Below, piece after piece: positions 49,885 to 61,018 of a stretch of 64,000 bases of DNA. Below the pieces are notes generated by a model, which had not been told where the DNA came from, ran no database searches, and saw nothing but the letters and a program-made list of their open reading frames with translations. The position numbers and the translations under genes were made by a program. How positions within the stretch are numbered: the stretch's first letter is position 1; every line of letters starts with the position of its first letter. The stretch is from positions 24,490,001 through 24,554,000 of the forward strand of contig CM126214.1 of the NCBI GenBank assembly GCA_052327205.1, given 5' to 3'. Source of the DNA: Somniosus microcephalus (lineage: Eukaryota).

Positions 49885-51707
49885 TAGAATGTGGCAGCAG
49901 GTCTGTCCAGGCCGAGAATCAGGGCTCCGATGCGCAGGGTGTGGCTGCAATCCAAATCGACCCCCCCCCTTTAAGAGCTGACCGGCGCCAGCGTGTCTGC
50001 GCGCAATCGCTAACTGGCCACACCTGCGCTGTGCCCGCCCTCAGTGGTAGCGCCTCGCTTCTCCAGCTTAGCGCCTTAAGACAGCGCCTGTTTTAGCGCT
50101 CCAAGCACCTCCTGGAGCGAAGCAGGTCAATTTAGCAGTAGGTGGCGATAATTTGCGCCGGGCGCTAAATTTCGCGCCCGCTCGAGTATAACGCCCCAAA
50201 CGTGGCGATACTGAATTTCTCCCCCAATATTTTTTAAATGGTGAGAAACTATTAAATGTTGGTGTTCAGAGAGATTTAGAGGCCCTCGTACAGGGAACAC
50301 AGAAAGTTAGCACGCAGGTACAGCAAGCAATTCGGAAGCCAGATGGCATGTTGGCCTTTATTGCAAGCGGGTTGGAGTATAAGAGTAAGGAAGTCTTACT
50401 ACAATTGTACAGGGCTTTGGTGAGACCATACCTGGTGTACTGTGCACAGTTTTGGTCTCCTTATCTGAGAAAGGGCTGTGGAGGCTCAGTCATTGTGTAT
50501 ATTCAAAACAGAAGTTGATAGATTTCTGACTAGTAAGGGCATCAAGGGATATGGCGATAGGGCCGGTGAATGGAGTTGAGGCAGAAGATCAGCCATGATC
50601 TCATTAAATGGCAGAGCAGGCTCGAAGGGCCGAATGGCCTACTCCTGCTCCTATTTCTTATGTTCTTATGTTCTTAAACATGCCTTAGAGGCAGTCCAAT
50701 GAAGGTTCACTAGATTGATTCCTGGGATGAGAGGTTTGTCCTATGAGGAGAGATCGAGTAGAATGGGCCTATATTCTCTGAAGTTTAGAAGAATGAGAGG
50801 TGATCTCATTGAAAAATATAAGATTCTGAAGGGGATTGACAGGGTAGATGCTGAGAGGTTGTTTCCCCTGGCTGGAGAGTCTAGAACTAGGGGGCATAGT
50901 CTCAGAATAAGGGGTCGGTCATTTAAGATTGAGATGAGGAGGGTTTTCTTCACTCCGAGGGTTGTGAATCTTTAGAATTCTCTACCCCAGAGGGTTGTGG
51001 ATGCTGAGTCGTTGAGTATGTTTAAGGCTGAGATAGATAGATTTTTGGACTCTAGGGGGATCAATGGATATGGGGATCGGGCGGGAAAGTGGAGTTGAGG
51101 TCGAAGATCAACCATGATCTTATTGAATGGCAGAGCAGGCTCGAAGGGCCGTATGGCCTACTCCTGCTCCTAATTCTTATGTTCTTAAAGTAAAAGATTG
51201 AAGAGGTAATTAACATTTTGTAGAAGGCAATAGTTGGACCATAGTTTGGGAAAACCTTTATAGAAAAGGCATTAAAGCCACAGTGTACAGCATGGTTATA
51301 AGGAAAGACTTGAAATGCTTGGACTATTTCCACTGGAGCAAAGAAGGCTAAGAGGAGATTTAATAGAGGATTTCAAATTTATGAAAAGATTTGATAGGGT
51401 GAATAAGGAAAGACTATTTGCTCTGTTTAGGGAGTCAGTAATGATTTAATGTTTCAAATTATCTTCAAGAGAGTGAGGAAAGAGGTTAGGAAAAATGTCT
51501 TTACATCGAGAATTGTTAAAGTGTGGAATGTTATGGCAGAGGGAGTACTTGAGGCAGAGATCATAACATCCTTTCGAAGAAAAGTAGATAAACATTTAAA
51601 GGATAGGGCTAAGCGAGAGAGCAGGAAGGTGGGATTAGTTTTGGATTGATCTAGCAAAGCGCCGACACAGACACGGTGCTCGAATGGTCTTCTTCTGTGA
51701 CGGAAAC

Positions 51708-51921
51708 GGTCATGAATCTTATCATGACTCATGAAGTAACACTGGGCGGCCAGCTGGTGGCGCCGTCCAAGGAGTATAAATACTCGGGCGTGGGCCCAGC
51801 TTGCTCAGGGTGTTTCTGTAACCAGGAACTAGCGATGTAACTAGAATCTCATGGTTGTGAAACAGTTGATTAAAGCCTTGTTTTATACGCAAACCAAGAG
51901 CTCAGTAGTCTTTTTACATCA
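51708..51921 (+). mobile_element. Short solo LTR (214 bp)
   Basis: 5-bp TSD GAAAC, TATAAA, ATTAAA, ends CA; same family as 58817-59043. Confidence 0.75.
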
Positions 51922-52609
51922 GAAACCTCTGTGGTTCTATCATAAATTTTCTACCCTTGGTGATATCATCCGGAAATGAGTCAGCTTTCACACGTATGCC
52001 TGCTTCAGTCGACGTTGACCCCTCCAAAATCCCAGGGGCGGGGGCCTCTTTAATAATGGGGCAGGCCTTTAATTGCATTGTACAGGCACCTCCCCTGAAG
52101 AAGCACCCTGCTGCTGTAATAGGGGAACCCAAAGACCCTTAATTGGTCAGAAAAAGAGAGAAAAATGTTTTAATTTTGATGGAAATCCAACAAGGAGCAT
52201 TGAAAAGATCACTTATCCTGAGATCAGTTAATTATGGGGCCTTTACTGGCCGTGGCTTCCTCTGGGCCTAAGGAGGGCATATTGGCTGGAACGCCAGGGC
52301 ACCCTGGCAGTGGCCGCAGACATGTCCCTAAAGCTGACTGCAGTCCTCGGGATGGATGGAAGACTTACTTGCCCCCTCACCCAACAAACCAAATTTAGGA
52401 CCCAGGTTGCATAGGGCAACAACACAGTGGATCCAAGTTCCACCCCAAATTCCTGCCTCCCCTGCGGGCACCATCTGACGGATTCAGTGTCCTCCCTCAC
52501 TGCTCCAAGGAATTTTGGCCCCAGCGTTCTGTGCTCATATAGATCGGTTGGCCTTGTGAGGCATGCTCTCTTACAGTGACCTGAATGGAGTACCACAAGA
52601 CAGTTACAA

Positions 52610-53165
52610 AAGCAAAATACTGCGGATGCTGGAAATCTGAAATAAAAACAGAAAATGCTGGAAATACTCAGCAGGTCAGGCAGCATCTGCGGAGAGAGAA
52701 ACAGAGTTAACGTTTCAGGTCGATGACCCTTCGTCAGACCTGGAAAAAGCTGGAGATGGAACAGGTTTTTAAGCAAGTGCAGGGGCAGGGAGAGGGGGAG
52801 GGGAGGAAAGAACAAAAGTAGAGGTCTGTGATAGGATGGAAGGCAGGAGAGATTAAGAGACAAAAGGGATGATGGTGCAAGGCAAAAGGAGATGATAATG
52901 GGACAAGTTAAGAAAAGATGGCTCTAGATGAAGTGTAAATGGCACTGGCAGAATGAAAGACAGCTGCCATGTGGGAGAGAGAAAAAAAAATGGAAAAAAA
53001 AGGTAGGGGCAGAGGTTATGGTCTGAAATTGTTGAACCCGATGTTGAGTCCAGAAGGCTGTAAAGTGCCTAATCGAAAGATGAGGTGCTGTTCCTCGAGC
53101 TTACGTTGAGCTTCATTGGAACAGTGTAAGAGGCCAAGAACGGTGAGGTCTGAGTGGGAGTGGAG
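52610..53165 (-). mobile_element. Penelope-like 3' fragment
   Basis: Encodes LEEQHLIFRLGTLQPSGLN; tail carries a hammerhead motif. Confidence 0.85.
52705..52741 (-). ncRNA. Minimal hammerhead ribozyme motif
   Basis: AGGU-CUGACGA-A-GGGUC-AUC-GACCU-GAAA-CG-UU-AACU. Confidence 0.65.
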
Positions 53166-53225
53166 TTGGTTGGCATTGACACCAGTGGCAGTTCTGTGCC
53201 AGCAGGTCATCCTACACAAGTCACA

Positions 53226-53801
53226 TTCCCTGCTACCATTGGCTCTCCATGGCCCACGTGATCCCAGGGGATGCATCGAACTAACTGCGCCCCTGGGATA
53301 CGTAAGCACTGCGCGCCGGCAGTTGGAGAAGGCCCAGGATCGCAATTCCACGGGGGCCCACAGCTCAACGGCCGGCACACAAGATAAGTGCAGGTCGGAG
53401 GCGTGCACCCGCGGGAAGCCCCCGACCTGAATTTCTGGGCCATTATATATTTCTGACCACCGGACACGGGCTGAGTGTCGCGATCGGTCAGCCCGGCACT
53501 CAGTGGCACTCCCGCACCCCGGTGCTCCAGCAGATGCCAAAATAAATGCAGAGCTCGCAGCGGAGAGCCCTTGCCTTTAATTGAGGAAAGAGCCCCTGCA
53601 ACATGGCACATTGCCCTGGATCGGGACATTCCCCGCCTCTTGCGCTCCAAGAGGCGAGTGGAGCGCTTGATTTAGCTCCATTTCCCTCTTGGAGCAAAAA
53701 ACGGGAATTTCTCAAATGTTTGAAAAGGTGAGCGCCTGGCGCTAATTTTTCAAACATTTTTGACTTAGCGCCCCGAATGGCCCTCTAGGGGAATTTCTCC
53801 C
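53226..53801. mobile_element. Harbinger-type MITE fragments
   Basis: 53226-53441 is the inverted left arm of 33490-33705. The next segment ends GAATTTCTCCC, like the TIR of the autonomous element. Confidence 0.6.
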
Positions 53802-55004
53802 GATTTTTCTTACAATACTCCTGTGAAGCGCTTTGGGACGTTTTACTACGTTAAAAGCGCTATATAAATACAAGTTGTTGTTGCTGTTGTAAAAGCAATG
53901 CCCCTTCCAGCGCAGTCCTACCATAACTCTGGCTGGAGTCCGGTAGAAGGGCTGCAGATTGGGCTGAGACCTGGATACGTCGAGTCGCAGCCTTCCCTGG
54001 CAGTTTCTGCAGGGTGTTGTTGAATGTGGAGCCTCTGCCCTCCCTAATTTAGGACACTAGCACGAGGGAGAATGGACAGGGCAGGGATTCCCAGGCCAGG
54101 AGTTACTTCACCCCTGGCCCCGTGAAAGAGTGACAGGCCAGTTTGCCAAGTGGGACTGGGCGTATGGTGCAAGGGAGGCCCACCTGGGTTGTCGCTTGGA
54201 TGCCCAAAGATCAGAAACATTTTCCAAAATTTATGGACACAAGTAATTATCTATAAAGCTGTTGTGGTTGGGACCTTCTGGTTACTGTTCAAAAATAGCA
54301 TGGAATGCTGGCTCAATGTTCTTGCATAGAGCTTCACTGTCAGCTACGTATGAACATAGGAACAGGAGTAGGCCATTCAGCTCTTTGAGCCTGTTTGACC
54401 ATTCATTTAGATCATGGCTGATCTGTATCTTAACTCCATCTACCTGCCTTGGTTCTGTAACCCTTAATGCCCTTACCGAACAAAAACCTATCAATCTCAG
54501 TTTTGACATTTTCAATTGATCTAGCCTCAACATCTTTTTGGGGAGCGAGTTCTAGATTTCTACTACCCTTTGTGTGAAGAAGTGCTTTTTGACATCACCC
54601 CTGAACATCCTAGCTCTAATTTTAAGGCTATGCCCCCTTGTTCTGGGCTCTCCCACCAGGGGAAATAGTTTCTCTCTACCTACCATATCAACTCCTTTGA
54701 TCATCTCAAACATCTCAATTGAATCACCCCTTAATCTTCCATATTCAAGGGAATACAAGCCTAGTCTATGCAACCCATCCTCATAATTTAACCCTTTTAG
54801 CTGGTAAGTTTATAATGTTTTAACAATATAAGCATCCACGTCCTTAATTTCTAGTAAGTTGAATGGCAAACGCTCATCCTGTATTTTGGCTTACTGGTTA
54901 TATCGTGTGCCTTCACATAAATGTTCCTCAAACTCAGATGGTGGTAGAATGCCTAGAAATTGTGCAGTGCAACAACCATTTTTTGGGTGCTAAATGGCCT
55001 AATA

Positions 55005-56807
55005 CAGGAAACTTTCGATTTACCGGCACCTAAATAACCGGAAATCTCGGTTAACCGGCAAAATTCAGGAGTAGGTTCATACTTCATATTACTTGCCTTC
55101 CTCCATCTGTTGCTGTGCAAGGGTGTGGCTGCAGCTGTTGCTAAGCTACAGAGATGCTTGTAACTTGTGGCCATTGTTCTGAGCCTGTTGCTAAGCAACA
55201 GGGTTTGTTGCTTTATACGGAGCTCTCAGCTCTCGTATCTTTTACTATAGCGCTCGGTGTCTACACCGCCATCTTCAATCTGTCATTAGCCCAGGCAGTA
55301 GTCCCTACATGCTTCAAGACCGCTACCATTATTCCTGTGCCAAAGCAAACGGCTGTGACGTGCCTGAACGACTATCGACCTGTCGCACTCACACCCATCA
55401 TAATGAAGTGTTTCGAGAGACTGGTCCTGGCTCACATCAAAGCCAGTGTTCCCGCCTCTCTTGACCAACACCAGTTTGCCTATCGTGCAAACAGATCAAC
55501 GGAGGATGCAATCACAACTGCTCTACACTCTGCACTGAATCACTTAGATGGTAAAGAGACCTACATCAGAATGCTGTTCATAGACTACAGCTCAGCATTC
55601 AACACTATCGTCCCCAACAAGCTGGCCACCAAACTCCACACTCTTGGCCTGAACACTTCCCTCTGTAACTGGACCTTGGACTTCCTAACAAACAGACCCC
55701 AGTCTGTCAAATTAGGTAACCACACCTTCCCCCCCTCTGACCCTGAACACGGGGGCCCCACAAGGATGTGTGCTGAGCCCCCTCCTCTACTCCCTCTTCA
55801 CCCACGACTGTGTGGCTGTTCATGGTTCCAACACCATCATCAAGTTTGCGGATGATACCACGGTAGTAGGCCAGATCACCAACAACGATGAGTCAGCCTA
55901 CAGGGAGGAGGTCCAGCATCTCGTGAAGTGGTGCGCCGATAACAACCTGGCCCTTAACATCAAGAAAACCAAAGAAATCATTGTGGACTTCAGGAAGTCT
56001 AAAGGCGGAAGTCACACCCCCATCCACATCCATGGGGCTGTGGTGGAAAGGGTGGACAGCTTTAAGTTCCTCGGAGTCCACATCACGGAAGACCTCTCCT
56101 GGTCCCTCAATACCTCCTCTCTGGTGAAGAAGGCCCAGCAACGCCTATATTTCCTAAGGAGGCTGAAGGGATGTAACCTGTCACCCCTGATCCTCTCTAA
56201 CTTTTACCGCTGCACAATAGAGAGCATCCTGACGAACTGTATCACAGTATGGTATGGCAGCTGTAGCTACTATGACCGGAAAGCCCTGCAGCGGGTAGTC
56301 AAAACTGCCCAACGCATTACCGGCACCCGGCTACCGACCATAGAGCACATATACCAGAAACGCTGTTTACGGAGGTCACGGACCATCATCAAAGAGCCTA
56401 CCCACCCCAGCCACAGTCTGTTCGCCCTCCTGCCATCTGGGAGACGCTACGGATGCATTCGCACCCGAACGACCAGATTTAGGAACAGCTTCTTTCCCAG
56501 GGCTGTCATCCTACTGAACTCCACAAATAAACTCTAAAGCCTGCACATCTGCCAATGCACTTTATTATGGTTATGTTTATGTTAATGTATAACAAGCCAA
56601 ATGAATGTTGAATGTTTAAATGTCTTAATCTAAATGTACACTCTCGGGAGCCGCAAGCCTACATTTCGTTGTACTGCACTTGTGCACTAACAATGACAAT
56701 AAAGTTGATTATTATGATTATTATGATTATTATTATTATGATCCGGAATTTTTGATGAACCGGCACCACGTTGGTCCCATCGGTGCCGGATAAAAAAAAG
56801 TTTCCTG
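55005..56807. mobile_element. CAGGAAACTTT MITE split by a LINE insertion
   Basis: 55005-55259 joined to 56739-56807 reconstitutes the 30334-30648 element; TA flanks. Confidence 0.88.
55260..56738 (+). mobile_element. 5'-truncated Rex1/Babar-type LINE (RT and 3' end)
   Basis: Motifs [41 protein letters not shown]. One frameshift at the C run near 55730. AATAAA near 56698 and an (ATT/ATG)n tail. Confidence 0.85.
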
Positions 56808-58065
56808 TATGGTGGCCAAGAAACACACGCTAATTATGAGCCACAATATTGGTAAATGCCAAAAATTTGGCGTGCAATGCCCAAATCTGAAAGAGGCGCT
56901 AGGCCCTTTATATATGCAAATAAGTGGCCTAACGCCTGTTTGAGTTTGAGACCCCCACTGCACGATTGGTTTGCTCTGAGGCAGCCGGCACCAGGGTTGG
57001 CTGCAGTCAGGAAAACAAGGCCTACATGTGGCCTGATAGCCGGTCCTTAAATGGACCATCTGTCAGGCCGCAAGCAACAAGGTAAGTTTTAAAAATATAC
57101 TTACCTGAATGTGAAGCCAGAAGGACATATATTTCATCTAGCTACAACACACAGTCGCCAAGTTAAATTTTATTTACCTCCAGTAACTCAGACCAAAATA
57201 ACAATTCAAATAACTGGCGGCAGGATCTATTTATAATTTGAGACCCTTTAGCAATCATGTGGCAACAGGTAATACATTTACCTCTCAGATAAGGAACACC
57301 ACATATTCAGACGCACAGCCTCTTAACTTAGTTAAGTTAAATAATTCAAATTTAGCATGTGAATGAATGGAAACATGAAGCTTGATATCTCCGAATGAAC
57401 ATGGCCTTGTACCGTAGTGGTAGTAAAGGGTGAAATATGGAGACAAAAGTTAAAATATTTTTCTATTTAAACAGTTCCTCAAACATAAATATGCCTTTTT
57501 GTGCTTTCCCCCATAAGCAGGTAGGAAGGCACAGACAATGATAGCACAAGACATCAACAAAGGTTGCAAAACTTCACAAACAGTCTAGGATTTATATGTA
57601 AATATTTTTGTCTCCACAGATACAGCATTCTGGGCATGCTTAATTCAACCTAAAGCCAATTACCATCTTGAAGGATAGTGAAAAGACAAAGAAAAAGACT
57701 TTTTACTTTGTAAATACTGGAAGAGGCTATGCACCTGCTTAAACAAACCATTGAAAAACATCCATGCTAGTGAAAATATAGAATCTACAGCACAGAAACA
57801 GCCCGGTGTTTATATTCCACAGGAGCCTCCTCCCACTCTAATGACCTCTTCCCACCCTGCCCCCACGTACCTCTAGTCCCTTCTCCTTCATGTGTGTATT
57901 AAGCCTCCCCTTAAATGCATCAATGCTGCTTGAACCAGTCCATGGCCTAGTAACAGCCAGATGCATACTGATAGGGTCACCTGGTGTAATATTTTACAAT
58001 TGGCTGCATACAGTTGGCACAACAAGCTGGCAATCTGTCCGCTATACTGAAGAAACTAGCAACCT

Positions 58066-58179
58066 TCAAGTCCCCTGCGGGCTTTTCCTCAAGGGTTCTG
58101 GGGCAGCATCACACTCTTTCTTGACTGAGGCTGCCCCAAGTTGAGTCTCGCCCTGTGGAGATCCTTTGTTATCCGCCAT
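58066..58179 (-). CDS. Candidate terminal coding exon of an unidentified upstream gene
   Basis: Acceptor GCTGTTAAGTTTTCAG at 58180. Phase-0 reading MADNKGSPQGETQLGAASVKKECDAAPEPLRKSPQGT*, then about 0.9 kb of UTR-like sequence and AATAAA at 57169-57174. No homology recognised. Confidence 0.35.
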   Translation of the reverse strand: MADNKGSPQGETQLGAASVKKECDAAPEPLRKSPQGT

Positions 58180-58617
58180 CTGAAAACTTAACAGCAAGTA
58201 ATCTGTATGTCTAGAAATAGAATACAGAGTGCAGATCATGGTGGAACACTGCATATTGCTGCAGCAGCGGTCTTATATTTTAAATATTCATTTACTGTAG
58301 TATATTACATGAATCATTAAAATATAAGAACACTCTGGCATATTTTGTCCCAGTATGGACTGGAGCTACTGTGGCATTTCAAACATTCCACAGAGAAATA
58401 TGTATTTTTAAATTTTTATTTATTTACAAATGTTACCTCATGGTGTAGTGAAGGTAACTACATTCATATAAATGTAATTGTAATATTCTTGATTCTTGAA
58501 GTAATGTGGTTGGATTTTATTCATTTTTGTCTTCAGTGTCTTCCTGACCTTTCTAGAGCAGTTTTTAAAACAAATTTCATGTCTGGGAAACCTTAAGCAT
58601 GTTGCTTGTTCATGAAG

Positions 58618-58654
58618 GGTTCTGACGAAGGGTCATCCACCTGAAACGTTAACT
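58618..58654 (+). ncRNA. Minimal hammerhead motif in a short Penelope-derived insertion (58612-58716, TSD TTGCTTGTTC)
   Basis: GGUU-CUGACGA-A-GGGUCAUCCACCU-GAAA-CG-UU-AACU. Confidence 0.6.
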
Positions 58655-58816
58655 CTGTTTCTCTCTCCACAGATGCTGCCTGACCTGCTGAGTGTTTCCA
58701 GCATTTTCTGTTTTTATTGCTTGTTCCCTATCCTGGGTACATGTGTACGCTTGGAATGTTCAGTCATCCCATGAGGCACTCATTCATCCTGTTGTTTCTG
58801 TATCCTTCATACATTG

Positions 58817-59043
58817 TGACGTAAGAAAACTACTAGGCACTTGGTCTAAGCGTTAAACAAAGCTTTAATCAACTGCTTTACAACATGGAGGTCTAGTTGT
58901 GTCCTTCACTAGTTCCTGTTAAGAATGTCCTGCGCAAGCTGGGCCCGTGCCCGAGTATTTATACTCTCCCTGGACAGCGCCACCCGCAGGCCGCTCAGTA
59001 TTATTTCATAAGTCTTTCTTTCATGAATGACTGATTCATGTCA
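58817..59043 (-). mobile_element. Short solo LTR (227 bp)
   Basis: TGAC...GTCA ends, 5-bp TSD CATTG; the empty site is visible in the paralogous segment near 44470. Confidence 0.82.
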
Positions 59044-60761
59044 CATTGTATAGAGGATAGTTAATTAGGTTGGCTGTAACAATGCAATTTCATCTTTCAT
59101 ATGTAACACCATCATCCATTTCAGACACACCTCACTCAGAATAACAACAACTTGCATTTATATAGCGTCTTTAACGTAGTAAATCGTCGTAGCAAGGCGC
59201 TTCACAGGATCGTTATCAAACAAAATGTGGCACTGAGCCACATAAGGAGGCATTGGGGCAGGTGACCAAAAGCTTGGTCACAAACAGGTAGGTTTTAAGG
59301 AGCGTCTTAAAGGCTCATGGCCCACAAGGAAATAACATTAAAACCAAACTTGCTTGCTGCACCTCTTCTGGCTCTGGCTGCTGTTGCCGACAGGTTTTGC
59401 CGGGTGGTGAGGCCATCACTGCTCAGCCACTCCGATTCAAATGGCAGATCAGGCCCTGATGCCATCATTGGAACCCGATCTGCATATTTACAGAGGACCT
59501 TGCCAGCTTGGGGTGGTTGTCCTTGCCGCCCGCAATTTAAAATAGGAGTCGGCCCGATCTGGGTGGGAAAGGAGTCGGTAAGACCCCTGCTCCATTTTTT
59601 TATTCATTCACGGGATGTGGCTGTCAATGGCAAGGCCAGCATTTATTGCCCATCCCTAATTACCCTTGAGAAGGTGGTGGTGAGCCGCCGCCTTGAACCG
59701 CTGTAGTCCGTGTGGTGAAGGTACTTCACTGAGGAGTTAAACTAACTGAGGTGTTAAAACAGACCCCATTATGTCTAAATCATGCGATGCAACATGGGAA
59801 TTCAGGGTTGCTAGGTAAAGGTAAGTAAACAGAAGGTCACGGAAAGGACATCATAATGTTTAGGTGCATTTTGGCCAATTCTTACCTGCTTCTCTTCACT
59901 TTTTTTTTTGCTGGCATTTAAATTCTCATGATCCCTTCTGTCAATTGTTCTATTGCCCCCTTCAGCTCCTTTACTGAGAATCACCACCATCTAACGTGTT
60001 CGATAGAAAAGGAGGACCAACAAAGGGATTATAGGAAGGTCAGGCTGCACAGGAGATGTTCTGGGCCCACCCACCTGCCGACCCTCACCTTTTAAAAAAA
60101 AAATCATTTTATGGGATGTGGGCGTCGCTGGCAAGGCCAGCATTTATTGCCCATCCCTAATTGCCCTTGAGAAGGTGGTGGTGAGCCTCCTTCTTGAACT
60201 GCTACAGTCCGTGTGGTGAAGGTACTCCCACAGTGCTGTTAGGGAGGGAGTTCCAGGATTTTGACCCAGCGACGATGAAGGATCGACGATACACTTCTAA
60301 GTCAGGATGGTGTGTGATTTGGAGGGGAACTTGGAGGTGGTGGTGTTCCCATGCGCCTGCTGCCCTTGTCCTTCTAGGTGGAAGAGGTCACGGGTTTGGG
60401 AGGTGCTGCCGAAGAAGCCTGGGTGAGTTGCTGCAGTGTATCTTGTAGATGGTACACACTGCAGCCACGGTACGCCGGTGGTGGAGGGAGTGAATGTTTA
60501 AGGTGCTAATCAAGCGGGCTGCTTTGTCCTGGATGGTGTCGAGCTTCTTGAGTGTTGTTGGAGCTGCACTCATCCAGGCAAGTGGAGAGTATTCCATCAC
60601 ACTGCTGACTTGTGCCTTGTAGATGGCGGAAAGGCTTTGGGGAGTTAGGAGGTGAGACACTCACCGCAGAATACCCAGCCTCTGACCTGCTCTTGTTGCC
60701 ACAGTATTTATGTGGCTGGTCCAGTTAAGCTTCTGGTCAATACTGACCCCAGGATGTTGAT

Positions 60762-61018
60762 CACAGAATCACAGAATCACAGAAACCCCACAGTGCAGAT
60801 AGAGGCCATTTCGGCCCATCGAGCCTGCACCGACACACATCCCACCCGATCCCCGTAACCCCTACACCAACACATATCCCACCCTATCCCCGTAACCCCA
60901 CGTATTTAATCCCCCTAACACTAAGGGTCAATTTTTTATCATAGCCAATCAACCTAACCCGCACATCTTTGGACTGTGGGAGGAAACCGGAGCACCCGGA
61001 GGAAACCCACGCAAACAC
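60762..61018 (-). mobile_element. Headless copy of the same SINE
   Basis: Reverse-complement match to 62640-62822 with a (TGATTCTG)n tail. Confidence 0.8.

Larger units (their letters stand above)
45902..50225. mobile_element. Full-length PIF/Harbinger DNA transposon (4324 bp)
   Basis: 16-bp perfect TIR GGGGGAGAAATTCAGT; 3-bp TSD AAT (45899-45901 and 50226-50228); interrupts a CR1 ORF; convergent transposase and Myb/SANT genes. Confidence 0.95.
45630..51190 (+). mobile_element. CR1 LINE interrupted by the Harbinger element and by a second CR1 tail (about 50474-50675)
   Basis: ...AGAAAAACAG-AAT|AAT-ATTTTTTAAATGG... is continuous CR1 sequence across the transposon. Confidence 0.85.

Noticed and set aside
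55154-55259. Novel N-terminal extension on the RT ORF
   Set aside because: Chance in-frame fusion with the host MITE sequence.
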